From positions 800,001 to 864,000 of the forward strand of contig CAWHDT010000005.1 in NCBI GenBank assembly GCA_963828195.1: a DNA stretch of 64,000 bases, read 5' to 3'. The position numbers and the translations under genes are program-made. This stretch comes from Candidatus Bathyarchaeota archaeon (GTDB lineage: Archaea > Thermoproteota > Bathyarchaeia > Bathyarchaeales > Bathycorpusculaceae). Below, piece by piece: positions 22,022-31,388 of the stretch; the stretch's first letter is position 1; every line of letters begins with the position of its first letter. The notes below the pieces were generated by a model, which worked only from the letters and a program-made list of their open reading frames with translations, did not search any database and was not told the DNA's origin.

Positions 22022-22951
22022 ATGATTGACACTGAAAATCTCACCCGAAAATTCGGCAACCTAACGGCTGTAGATAACGTCACCCTACATGTTGACGAAG
22101 GCGAGGTTTTCGGTTTTCTTGGCCCAAACGGAGCGGGAAAAACCACCACAGTGCGCATGCTCTGCTGCCTAATAAGCAAAACCAGCGGCAACGCTCGTAT
22201 AGGCGATTTCGCCGTTGACAACGAATCAGACTGCCTCAAAATAAGAAAAATGGTGGGCATCTTGCCTGAAAACGTAGGGTTATACGACAGCCTAAGTGCC
22301 TACCGCAACCTTGACTTTTACGGAAAACTCTACGAGGTCCCAGAGGCGAAACGCAAAGAAAACATTGAACATCTCCTGCGGCTTTTGGGAATTTGGGAGC
22401 GCAGAGACGACGCAGTCGGCACATTTTCGAAAGGCACTAAACAGAAAATAGCCATAGCCCGAGCTCTAATCCATGACCCTCAAGTGTTATTTCTAGATGA
22501 GCCTACGGCAAATTTGGATCCTGAGGCTTCAAAAACGGTTCGAGATTTCGTTTTGGACCTAAAAAAAGAGAAGCACACCATCTTTTTGAACACTCACAAC
22601 TTAGACGAAGCGGATCGGCTATGTGACCGCATTGCCATCCTGAAAACTCGCTTAATCGTGGTTGATTCACCAAAAAACTTGGAGCGCAGCCTGTACAACC
22701 GAAAAACCATCGTTCACCTTGCCAGTGTTACAAGCCAAGTTTTAGGCGCCGTGAGGGGGCTTAATTCAGTGAAAAACGTGAAAACCAACGAAAACAGGTT
22801 AATTCTCGATATAGATGATCCAGAGAAGGATAATCCTGAGGTGGTGCGGGCGATTGTGGCGGCGGGCGGCAACATCCAATACGTTACGGAGTTGCGGTCC
22901 ACGCTTGAAGATGTTTATTTGAAATTGATTCGGGAGGCTTCAGTGCAATGA
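22022..22951 (+). CDS. ABC transporter ATP-binding protein
   Basis: GPNGAGKTT, FSKG, LFLDEPT. Confidence 0.93.
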   Translation: MIDTENLTRKFGNLTAVDNVTLHVDEGEVFGFLGPNGAGKTTTVRMLCCLISKTSGNARIGDFAVDNESDCLKIRKMVGILPENVGLYDSLSAYRNLDFYGKLYEVPEAKRKENIEHLLRLLGIWERRDDAVGTFSKGTKQKIAIARALIHDPQVLFLDEPTANLDPEASKTVRDFVLDLKKEKHTIFLNTHNLDEADRLCDRIAILKTRLIVVDSPKNLERSLYNRKTIVHLASVTSQVLGAVRGLNSVKNVKTNENRLILDIDDPEKDNPEVVRAIVAAGGNIQYVTELRSTLEDVYLKLIREASVQ

Positions 22952-23700
22952 GATTATGGAAGTCATGGATAGTAACTTCAAAAGACTTGAGCGTCTTTAA
23001 GAAAAACAAGTATATCCTCTACTCCCTAGTTGCTATGCCCCTTGCCGTGGGCGTTGTGCTTCCGAGCATTTTCATATTTGCTTTGCAATCCCAGGCATCC
23101 ACGCTTACACGAGCTCAATTCATCAGTGCTGCTAATTCAGTCGCAAACACAGGCTCGATATATTTTGTTTTAATACCTGTGGTTCTTCCAGCGATAATGG
23201 GTTCGTACAGTATTGTAGGCGAAAAAATCGAAAAAAGTCTTGAACCCTTATTGGCTACTCCGACGACAGACGGCGAAATACTGTTAGGCAAAACCTTAGC
23301 TACCTTGCTTCCAACGCTGGGAGTAACCTGCATCGGCACAGCAATATTCGTAACGATTATGGACGTTTGGTCCTACATTAAACTCGGGTTATTTCTACTT
23401 CCGAACACGGATTTTGCATTAATTCTGGGCGTGATGGCACCTTTAGCTTGCGTTTTAAGTGTCGAAGCCAACGTCATCATATCTTCCAAAGTAAATGACA
23501 TCCGTGCAGCTCAGCAGATAGGAACATATGTAGTTATCCCACTGATACTTCTACTGGTTTTTGCCACCCAAATCACAACAATTCCCATAATCCTGCTCGT
23601 CTTAATTGTGTCCACAGTGATAGCCGTCATAGACATCGCATTGTTCTACCTAGCCAAAACAACCTTCCAAAGAGAAGAAATCTTAACGAAATGGAAATAG
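22948..23700 (+). CDS. ABC-2 type permease
   Basis: About 6 TM segments, GEKIEKSLEPLLATP...LGK; ATGA overlap with the ATPase gene. Confidence 0.9.
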   Translation: MRLWKSWIVTSKDLSVFKKNKYILYSLVAMPLAVGVVLPSIFIFALQSQASTLTRAQFISAANSVANTGSIYFVLIPVVLPAIMGSYSIVGEKIEKSLEPLLATPTTDGEILLGKTLATLLPTLGVTCIGTAIFVTIMDVWSYIKLGLFLLPNTDFALILGVMAPLACVLSVEANVIISSKVNDIRAAQQIGTYVVIPLILLLVFATQITTIPIILLVLIVSTVIAVIDIALFYLAKTTFQREEILTKWK

Positions 23701-23808
23701 ATGCAAAAAAAATTTTGGTCACACAGTTTTAATTTTGCATTAAAGATAGCTTAAGAAAAAGAGGCTAAATCCTCAAACACCGATTAAAACGACTTAAAAC
23801 TTTTTATT

Positions 23809-24135
23809 TTAGGGGTTTTCAGTGAATTTTGTAAGCTGCCTCTTAGTTAATCCTGCTCCAGGTGTGGCGTCAAGTCTTTTATGCACCCTTCCCTTTTCGA
23901 AAAGAAGCACAGTCGGGTAATATTCAATTGCGTATTTATCGCATAAATCTGGTTTATCATCCACTACAACGCTGATGCATTCCTGCGGATTTGTTTTGGC
24001 ATATTCCTTAAAAACGGGAAGGAATGCTTGGGAATATGGGCACCATGATGCGTAGAAAAGTACATACGCTTTCTCTTTGGAATTTAAAACCTCTTCGATG
24101 TTTTCTTCAGCTTGCTCTCGCGGTCTCTTACTCAT
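23809..24135 (-). CDS. Thioredoxin-family protein (CxxS variant)
   Basis: FYASWCPYS, IEYYPT. Confidence 0.85.
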   Translation of the reverse strand: MSKRPREQAEENIEEVLNSKEKAYVLFYASWCPYSQAFLPVFKEYAKTNPQECISVVVDDKPDLCDKYAIEYYPTVLLFEKGRVHKRLDATPGAGLTKRQLTKFTENP

Positions 24136-24857
24136 TTTTCTTTCACCTCTCGCGTGGGCTCTCGGTCTGTCTCTTCTGGATAGTGGCTGCTGTCGCAGAA
24201 CGGTTTATTTGTGGATTTTCCGCATCGGCAAAGCGTCACGCGATTTCGCACTTCGTAGAGTTTGCCATCAGCAGAGTACACTGGAATTCCGCCGCGAACC
24301 CAGTAGGGTCCACTGACGCCTTTGCTTGGATCCTCAATTACGCCTATCGACTTGGCTAAAACAGGCTCAAGTATCTTATTAGTTGTCTTATCTACAAGTA
24401 CAAGTCAACCTGAAGGGCAATCGTAAGCATTTTCCACCGCGTTTTTCTTAGCCTTCGGATCGCTTGACTGAGGAATTGCATCCCAAATGTCGCCGCCTCG
24501 ATGGCAAAAACGAGCTGAAGCACAAAGGATCTCCGCATCCTTCAACTTTAATCCGGGGCCATCAATTTCCTTAGCCGTTTTTTCGAAAGGTTCATTGTCG
24601 CTTACTTCTGTTCCGTCAAAATTCACTTTCACATGCGTGCTATCGCAAAACGGCTTGTTTTTGGATTGACCACACCGGCAGAGAATATAATTTTTTGTGG
24701 TATCAAAGTTTTTTCCTACAAGCCATGTGGAGGGTATACCTTGTGCGTCACATGATATTATCGCAGTAAACAAAGGGACGCCTCCTGAAACCAGACAGGG
24801 TCCATTCTTGAGGATGGTTATTTTGTAGTCTTCTTTTGCGTTTGAATTCGTCAACAA
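24132..24857 (-). pseudogene. CDGSH - Fer4_19 - CDGSH iron-sulfur protein with in-frame TGA at 24405-24407
   Basis: Frame continues past the stop (CPSG*LVLVDK...GPYWVRGGI...LCRCGKSTNKPFCDSSH) and ends in an ATGA overlap with the thioredoxin start. Confidence 0.88.
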
Positions 24858-24966
24858 ACCCTTTTACCTCACATTTACTGAATCAAAATGAACATAATAA
24901 AGTTGCTACAATTAAAAGTTGGAAAATAAAAAATGTTTAGGAATTCAGCGGGCAAATCAGGCTTTT

Positions 24967-26466
24967 TCACTGTAGCTCTATAATTTCAGAGCGTCTTAAT
25001 TGCCGTTTTGCTAATCCTGCGAAAACCTTGTAGAATTCCTTTAGGGCAACCCGATATCCCTTATCCATGAAGGACATGTCTAAGAGATTGTCCACCCAAC
25101 GAAGGCTGTGTTCTGCGCATAGAAACATCAGTTGCTCGTGTAGTTTGTTCACTTCTGTTTCTCTGAACCAATCTTTGTTTTTGAGCCGACCCAGCGGAAC
25201 AAAGAATAAAGGCACAATTAGGCTTCTGCAATCTTTTACATCGTCTATAAGCTCCATCGTTTTTATGATGTCGTCTTCGGTTTCTTCAGGGAGCCCAACG
25301 ATAAGTGTTGCCGCTGGTATCAACTTGTGATCATGCATTATTCCAAAGCCTTGCCGTGCAACTTGAGGCCACTCTTCAGGCTTAAATGGAAGCGCTTTTG
25401 CAGGCATGATTTTCTTCGCCAGTTCAGCTGAACCAGTTTCAACGCCGATTTCTGCTCCCCACCAGGCTTGCTTCTGAAGGATAATTTCTGAAAGTTTAGA
25501 GACAAGTTTAGGTTTTGAGGCTACGGCGGCTAATGAACAGTGGCTCCAACTAATGGCATGAACCTTGCTCATGACTGACTCATGAAGCTTCAGAAGTTTT
25601 TCGTCATTAGGCACTGCGTTTTGGGAACCATAAAGCATTACGTCTTCAGCATGCAAGCAAATAACGCGGTGCTTCCCCAATTCGACATTGACGGTTAATT
25701 CCCGCACGATTTTGTCGTAGGGGTACCAACGCAGGGGTCTGAGGGTAACATTGCAGAATTCGCAGCCCCGGCAGCATCCTCTGCCAAGCTCAATTAGGCC
25801 ATTGACGGATGGCTGAACAATGTCCGGTATATCTTCAAGCCGAGGTGCATCTTTAGCTGAGACTTCATAATGAGACTGGAGCGCCTCGCCGTTTATTGCT
25901 GATTTGAATATTTTTCCTATAATGTTTTCTGCCTCGCCCTCTACTATGCAATCTATCACTTTTTTTTCAACAAGTTGTGGTCTGTAGCGGAACTGCCATG
26001 CTCCTGGTCCGCCAACTATTACCTTTATTCCGTTTCTTTTTGCTTCTCTGATGATGGGACTGGTTACTAACGCATGAAAGTGCCTTGCCAAGAACGGCTC
26101 TTTATGGAAAACGGATGCCAACGTGGTTGATGCTGGACCGAAACCAAACGGGTCCATAGTGTGGATACCTATAACTTTGGCGGTTTTAAGGTATTTTCGA
26201 AGGTGCTGGGGGCTGACTGTTAAAACGTTTAAGCCTTCTTTTATCAATTGAGCTTCGATTTTTCTTAAGCCATAGGGCGCAGCAGTTGGCAACCCTTTGT
26301 TTGTCCTTATTGGTGGAAAAAATAGGTAACTGTATAAGACATCGGGGATAAAATTGGAAGGAGCGCAGGTCCCGAATCCTAAGAATTCGTTACCGTGGTA
26401 ATTGCTCATCAGTGTTCTATCAGCAGTTAAGAGTATATCTGGATCTTTGTTTGCCATTTGGATCAT
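24967..26466 (-). CDS. Radical SAM protein with N-terminal B12-binding-like domain
   Basis: GGPGAWQ, RGCCRGCEFC (CxxxCxxC), IGVETGS, GLPEET. Confidence 0.85.
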   Translation of the reverse strand: MIQMANKDPDILLTADRTLMSNYHGNEFLGFGTCAPSNFIPDVLYSYLFFPPIRTNKGLPTAAPYGLRKIEAQLIKEGLNVLTVSPQHLRKYLKTAKVIGIHTMDPFGFGPASTTLASVFHKEPFLARHFHALVTSPIIREAKRNGIKVIVGGPGAWQFRYRPQLVEKKVIDCIVEGEAENIIGKIFKSAINGEALQSHYEVSAKDAPRLEDIPDIVQPSVNGLIELGRGCCRGCEFCNVTLRPLRWYPYDKIVRELTVNVELGKHRVICLHAEDVMLYGSQNAVPNDEKLLKLHESVMSKVHAISWSHCSLAAVASKPKLVSKLSEIILQKQAWWGAEIGVETGSAELAKKIMPAKALPFKPEEWPQVARQGFGIMHDHKLIPAATLIVGLPEETEDDIIKTMELIDDVKDCRSLIVPLFFVPLGRLKNKDWFRETEVNKLHEQLMFLCAEHSLRWVDNLLDMSFMDKGYRVALKEFYKVFAGLAKRQLRRSEIIELQ

Positions 26467-26780
26467 CCATGTCTAACAGGTATCTTTCTATTATGAGTAT
26501 GTAAGATACTATGTAGTGGAGATTTAAATTATTGCTGCATCCAAATAAACATTACATCTTGCGCAATCTTGGCTAACGAAGGATTCGTAAATGCATCGCG
26601 GTTCAATTTGCAAAAATTTCTAGGTTCGCACTAAGGTGTGCATTCGTAAATTCACCATGTATCGATTGTCTATCTGGATGTTTTTTAGGCTCAATATTGT
26701 TTACAATGTTTCAATTTTTATGTGGTTATGTTTATATATCTCTTGTTTTACTAAACAAACGTCAAGTAAACCATTAGGGT

Positions 26781-27263
26781 GTGGGAATTTTGGGCTTAAA
26801 ATCGAGTGAAAGCCCACTGAAAAAATTAGACGAAGTTGATCTGCAAATCGTTCGCGCATTGGAAGAAGATTCACGTGTAAGTCTGCGTAAGCTCGCTCGC
26901 AGAGTTGGGATCACCCCAAACGTTCTGCATAACCGCCTTAGTTGTCTTGAACATGAAGGAATAATTCTCGGATATGTACCCGTGGTTGATGCAGCTAAGA
27001 TGGGTTACGCCTTAACTGCCATTATTATGATCCAGGTTGAAGGCGGACATATTGTTGAGGTCGAAAATGAAATTGCCAAAGAAAACAATGTTCTATCCGT
27101 TTATGACATAACTGGAGAGTATGATGCAATCGTCTTCGCCAAGTTCAGAGATAATGCAAGCCTTAACGGTTATCTAAAGAAACTTTTGACCGAGCGCTTC
27201 ATAAAGAGAACCACCACGCTAATTGCGTTAAACGCCGTAAAAGAATACAGCAAAGTTATTTGA
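26781..27263 (+). CDS. Lrp/AsnC family transcriptional regulator
   Basis: LDEVDLQIV..L..DSR.SLRKLA HTH; TGEYD RAM domain. Confidence 0.92.
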   Translation: MGILGLKSSESPLKKLDEVDLQIVRALEEDSRVSLRKLARRVGITPNVLHNRLSCLEHEGIILGYVPVVDAAKMGYALTAIIMIQVEGGHIVEVENEIAKENNVLSVYDITGEYDAIVFAKFRDNASLNGYLKKLLTERFIKRTTTLIALNAVKEYSKVI

Positions 27264-27410
27264 TTGCTCTTCTTTCTGAATTGTTAAAAGCTCATATCAT
27301 TATAAGATTAATCGTTACTCTTGAGCTGCGGACTAAGTGCAGAAAATTGTAAATACTTCTTTTGCTTGAGCGAGTATTACTAAGATTGAAATCGAGCGAG
27401 AGGTTGTGAG

Positions 27411-28082
27411 TTGAAAAGTATTAAGGGTATCTTGGTTGTTGGCGAAAGAAACATTTTCATGGAGTTAACACAAATTATCGCCATCGCAACAGAAGCTAAC
27501 ACTCTTGTGTACAGCATGTTCAATGTAGATGTCAAAGAAAAACAAGTAACTGACGCCATGCATGCCATGCAGTTGCTTGAGAAAAAATCTGATGAAATTG
27601 CCTTCAAAATAGGGGAAGACATTACAAGCGGCGCCATAAGTCCCAATATAATAGATGACCTGCTTAAATCCGTCCAAGTTGCTGACGACATAGTTGACCT
27701 ATATTATTACCTCAGCAGAGAACTGGATCGAATGGCGAAGGTGTACTCAGCCGGTTTCGAAATGAAACGTCCCGGCTGGGACGATGTATATGTTAACATT
27801 CTTGCACTCGCTGAAAAATCTCTCTTAAAGCTAAAACAGGCACTCTCCTCATCTGATGTTCTAGAGATTTTGGAGTTGCGGAAAGAAATTGAAGCCTTGG
27901 AAGAGCATGGTGATGAATTAAAGGATGATGGATTTGACAGATTGTATCTTATGACGCCGAATCTGCATTATTTACAGTTCTTTCATTATTCTGAGCTTAT
28001 GCACAAATGCGACGACGTACTTGATTCATGCGAGGACCTCTCAGACTTGATTGTATCCGTGGTTACTTCCATCCTTAAGTGA
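27411..28082 (+). CDS. DUF47 / PhoU-like phosphate transport regulator
   Basis: Helical LEKKSD...LEEHGDELKD...D.CED repeats; directly upstream of a PiT transporter. Confidence 0.8.
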   Translation: MKSIKGILVVGERNIFMELTQIIAIATEANTLVYSMFNVDVKEKQVTDAMHAMQLLEKKSDEIAFKIGEDITSGAISPNIIDDLLKSVQVADDIVDLYYYLSRELDRMAKVYSAGFEMKRPGWDDVYVNILALAEKSLLKLKQALSSSDVLEILELRKEIEALEEHGDELKDDGFDRLYLMTPNLHYLQFFHYSELMHKCDDVLDSCEDLSDLIVSVVTSILK

Positions 28083-29002
28083 CAGGCATGCTTTGGCTTT
28101 CACTCATTATTCTAATTTTGACTTTCGTCACGGTAATGTTAGTAGCCGGCAACAACCTGTCCGCATGCGTTGGCCCCGCCGTAGGCTCTAGGATAATAAG
28201 TAAACGTTTTGGCATGATGCTGGGCGCTGCAGGATTTTCTATAGGGCTCGTTGCTCAAGGCGTTGGAATGACAAAATCCGTAAATGTCCTATTGCCCAAT
28301 GGGGCGTTGCAGTTTCGGGCGGAAGCTTTGCTGGTGGCTATACTAATTTTTGTTATTGCCGACTTAATCAGAGTGCCAGCGTCTATTAGCATGTCGCTTG
28401 TTGGTTTGCTGGCGGGTCTATCTGTTGCAACTGACACATTTACAAACAGTGCGTACGTAGCTAAGGTAGCTGCCATGTGGGTTGCTGCACCAATAATTGC
28501 TATTGTTTTTGCTTTTTACCTTATCAGATTCATAAACCGTGGCTGGCCAAAAAACATTTGGCGCCGACTACAAGCCTACAAAATCTTGCTTATTATCTTA
28601 GCGTTTTCCACTTCATACGTTTTGGGAGCTAACACGCTGGGATTAATAGTTGCCACAGGCGGCTTCAACGTAACCACCGTCATAGCGTCGATTGTTGCAA
28701 TATTTATCGGAACATTCTATTTGAGCGCGGGCGAGATTCGCAGGGTTGCCCAAGAGCTTTTTCTCATGAGGTACCCGAACGCGACAGCAACACTTGTGGT
28801 TTCGACGGTTCTTGTTGAGGTAGCTACGCTTTTTAATATCCCCCTTTCAAACACGCAAGCCTTGGCTTCTGCAGTTTTTGGAACAGGCATATCCTACAAG
28901 TCCAAGCTCGTCTCAGTTAAGCCGTTTCTGCTAATAGCGTTAAGCTGGGTAATTATTCCAGTGCTAAGCTTCACACTAGGGTTGATCATAGGTAAGTTTT
29001 AG
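28079..29002 (+). CDS. PiT-family inorganic phosphate transporter
   Basis: AGNNLSACVGPAVGS, GANT, IPLSNTQ; about 10 TM segments. Confidence 0.8.
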   Translation: MTGMLWLSLIILILTFVTVMLVAGNNLSACVGPAVGSRIISKRFGMMLGAAGFSIGLVAQGVGMTKSVNVLLPNGALQFRAEALLVAILIFVIADLIRVPASISMSLVGLLAGLSVATDTFTNSAYVAKVAAMWVAAPIIAIVFAFYLIRFINRGWPKNIWRRLQAYKILLIILAFSTSYVLGANTLGLIVATGGFNVTTVIASIVAIFIGTFYLSAGEIRRVAQELFLMRYPNATATLVVSTVLVEVATLFNIPLSNTQALASAVFGTGISYKSKLVSVKPFLLIALSWVIIPVLSFTLGLIIGKF

Positions 29003-29266
29003 CAGGGTTTTGCTATCTTGCTTAGTATGTATGTTTATGCTTTTACCATTCTAATTTAAATTTGTAAAAAGTGCCTATGCTTCTTTTTGAAACAGCCTTG
29101 AAAGCAACAACAACAATCTTGCAGCAAAAATTTTCTTTTGCATCATTTTAGTTATTATATCATCAAAGTGCTAGATCGATGTCTGGCTCAATTCATCCAT
29201 GGTGTCTTCAACAATTATGCTCAACGCTCACCTATGCATGAAACTATGAAAATAAGGAAAAATTGT

Positions 29267-29638
29267 TCAATATGTCGCGTAATTGGCATTATTAGCCGAC
29301 ACTGTGATGAACTGCGGGGTATGCAAACTGCGTTTTTTAGTTTTTAAGATAATCGGGGTATCTTGCGGATAAAGCATTGCCGTGAGATTTATCCATGCTT
29401 GAATAAATTTTTGTCCTTCTTTGGTTGTAAGGTACTTTTTTGTGCCAGGTTGAAGTTCCAAAAGATTTGATACTTGAAGCTGCAAAAGATAGCTCTCAAG
29501 CAACTTGAAACTTGTGTTTGTGCTTCGCAAAATGTAGGTTTTTGCCTGGGGCATTTTACATAGTTCAAGAATATCGTTTAATACCTGTAGATGGTTTCTT
29601 CGATTTTCAAAAATTAAAGCTCTTTTCAAGCGCTCCAC
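29267..29638 (-). CDS. Winged helix-turn-helix protein (HTH_45-like)
   Basis: RRNHLQVLNDIL...KTYI...YL..L...LLE...YLTTKEG..F. Confidence 0.75.
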   Translation of the reverse strand: MERLKRALIFENRRNHLQVLNDILELCKMPQAKTYILRSTNTSFKLLESYLLQLQVSNLLELQPGTKKYLTTKEGQKFIQAWINLTAMLYPQDTPIILKTKKRSLHTPQFITVSANNANYATY

Positions 29639-29712
29639 CGCTTAGATGATATCCATTCGGTAATATGCTTGAAGTTGCTCTTAAGCTTTATTCCTAAATC
29701 TTAAGCGTTAAT

Positions 29713-30012
29713 TTATCTGCGTTTAAATGCTTTCCACGCAAAAAACGTTACTGCGGAGATTAGAAATGCTGAGTCCAGCATGTTTGGGAATGACGGAAAG
29801 TAAACCCATTGATTAAAAAACGTTACGAATTTCAGAGCTATACCGATTGTTCCGCATAAGAACATTATCATCATGCAATCTTGGAAGAGTTGACTTCGGT
29901 TGTTATGAATTGCTTTCATGTTATTGTCCCCGACCAAGGCAATATTCGCTGTGTTTTCTTTAAGAACTTTATGGATATTCCCTAATGATTGCGGGTCTGC
30001 TTTTGCCATCAA
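29713..30012 (-). CDS. Hypothetical small membrane protein
   Basis: Two C-terminal hydrophobic helices; co-oriented between the KaiC-like and wHTH genes. Confidence 0.5.
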   Translation of the reverse strand: MMAKADPQSLGNIHKVLKENTANIALVGDNNMKAIHNNRSQLFQDCMMIMFLCGTIGIALKFVTFFNQWVYFPSFPNMLDSAFLISAVTFFAWKAFKRR

Positions 30013-30017
30013 AAAGG

Positions 30018-30668
30018 TTAAGTTATTCTGGTCGCTGTTTCGATGACAAACCCTTTTTTACCTATTGTGTAAGGTAGGCTTCTTGAGGGGACAAAGGCGC
30101 CTTTCATCTTTTTTACCATAATATCCTGATGCGTGGAATCTGTCGTCCATGTAGTGTTGAATAAGATGACGCCGTCAGAGAAATGCTGCATAGCAGTTTC
30201 AGCTTTTGGATCCTGCATCCCCTCAGTGAGCAGCAGCAAATGGTATTCTTCGCTGTCTTTGTTTTGTCGGGACATAGCCGTGAGCAGGCTGATGGCTTCT
30301 CCGATTTTTCGGCTTAAGAGCACTTCGGAAATGGAGTCAATAACGACTGTTCGATGCTCCCCCATTTCTTTAATGACAGCTTCTACCAGATCATGAGATT
30401 TCGCTAAGGTCTCAAATTTCCAGTTTCCAGTGGCTTCCAGCGGCGCTATATCCCAGTTGAAGGCGGCCATATCTGCTTTCACGCTGTCTGAAGTTTCGTT
30501 TACCGTAAAGTAGGTTACTCCGATCTGCTTTGCTCGGGCATAGGCGATTTGGCGGGCAAAAACTTCATTTCCCGACCCAGGCAACCCTGTTAAAAGTAAT
30601 ATTTTCGGCGGCAGACCTCCAGTTAAGAATTCGTCGAGACCTGCTATTCCTGTTTTTACAAGTTTCAT
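30018..30668 (-). CDS. KaiC/RAD55-like ATPase (single domain, degenerate Walker A)
   Basis: KTGIAGLDEFL.GG.P, GLPGSGNE, VVIDS, DGVI.F, VKKMKG. Confidence 0.85.
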   Translation of the reverse strand: MKLVKTGIAGLDEFLTGGLPPKILLLTGLPGSGNEVFARQIAYARAKQIGVTYFTVNETSDSVKADMAAFNWDIAPLEATGNWKFETLAKSHDLVEAVIKEMGEHRTVVIDSISEVLLSRKIGEAISLLTAMSRQNKDSEEYHLLLLTEGMQDPKAETAMQHFSDGVILFNTTWTTDSTHQDIMVKKMKGAFVPSRSLPYTIGKKGFVIETATRIT

Positions 30669-30873
30669 GCTTGATTTCCTTCTCGAGTTTTTAATGACTC
30701 ATTTTTGCATCTTTTTAAGTCAACTTGGCAAAATCATCTTGCTCTTTTAAAACTTTGTGTAGTTACCAGTTTAGCGTTGACTCTTCTAGAGCAATGATTC
30801 GTTATCTGCCTTATAATAATTTATGTGGAAGATTGTTGCATATCGCTTTTTAAGCAAGCGCCCGATAGTTTCC

Positions 30874-30896
30874 TTAAGAAAGGAGTGCTTTCTTAA
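30874..30896 (+). promoter_or_regulatory. Perfect 9-bp inverted repeat covering the pilin Shine-Dalgarno
   Basis: TTAAGAAAG-GAGTG-CTTTCTTAA immediately followed by ATG at 30897. Confidence 0.55.
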
Positions 30897-31322
30897 ATGA
30901 TTTTTAGGAAATTTCGTAAAAATTTAAAAGCGATTTCGCCAATAATTTCGGTGCTACTAATGATTGCCATTGCAGTCGTAGCCTCACTCGTAGTATACGC
31001 ATGGGTAATGGGCTACATAGGCTACCAAACCGGCAAGACAGGAGATTCGGTACAAATACAGAGCGTTAACATGGCTGGTGACAGTCTTACTACCGTATAT
31101 CTTCAGAACGTTGGAAGTACTACAGTAACAGTCAACCCTTTCGTATTCGTTAACGGAGTAGAATATACGGCAACACTTACTCCTGCTGGCGCATTAAATG
31201 AGGGATCTACTCAAGCAATCACTTTGACCACACCACTTGCGCTAACAAGCGGGCAGATGTATACAATTAAAGCAACCGTCACAGGCGGAACATACGGCCA
31301 AATAACACAACAGGCACCATAA
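30897..31322 (+). CDS. Archaeal type IV pilin (likely major pilin)
   Basis: Class III signal peptide KNLKA|ISPIISVLLMIAIAVVA. Confidence 0.9.
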   Translation: MIFRKFRKNLKAISPIISVLLMIAIAVVASLVVYAWVMGYIGYQTGKTGDSVQIQSVNMAGDSLTTVYLQNVGSTTVTVNPFVFVNGVEYTATLTPAGALNEGSTQAITLTTPLALTSGQMYTIKATVTGGTYGQITQQAP

Positions 31323-31388
31323 AAAGTTTTTAAAAACGCTTTCTATTTTCTATCCCTTTTCTTTTTTAGTTTACAGCATAAATGAAGA

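Noticed and set aside
5463-24407. Genome-wide TGA reassignment or selenocysteine
   Set aside because: TGA correctly terminates conserved genes such as elp3, gatE and rmlB. Neither in-frame TGA is at a Cys position, and no Sec machinery is visible.
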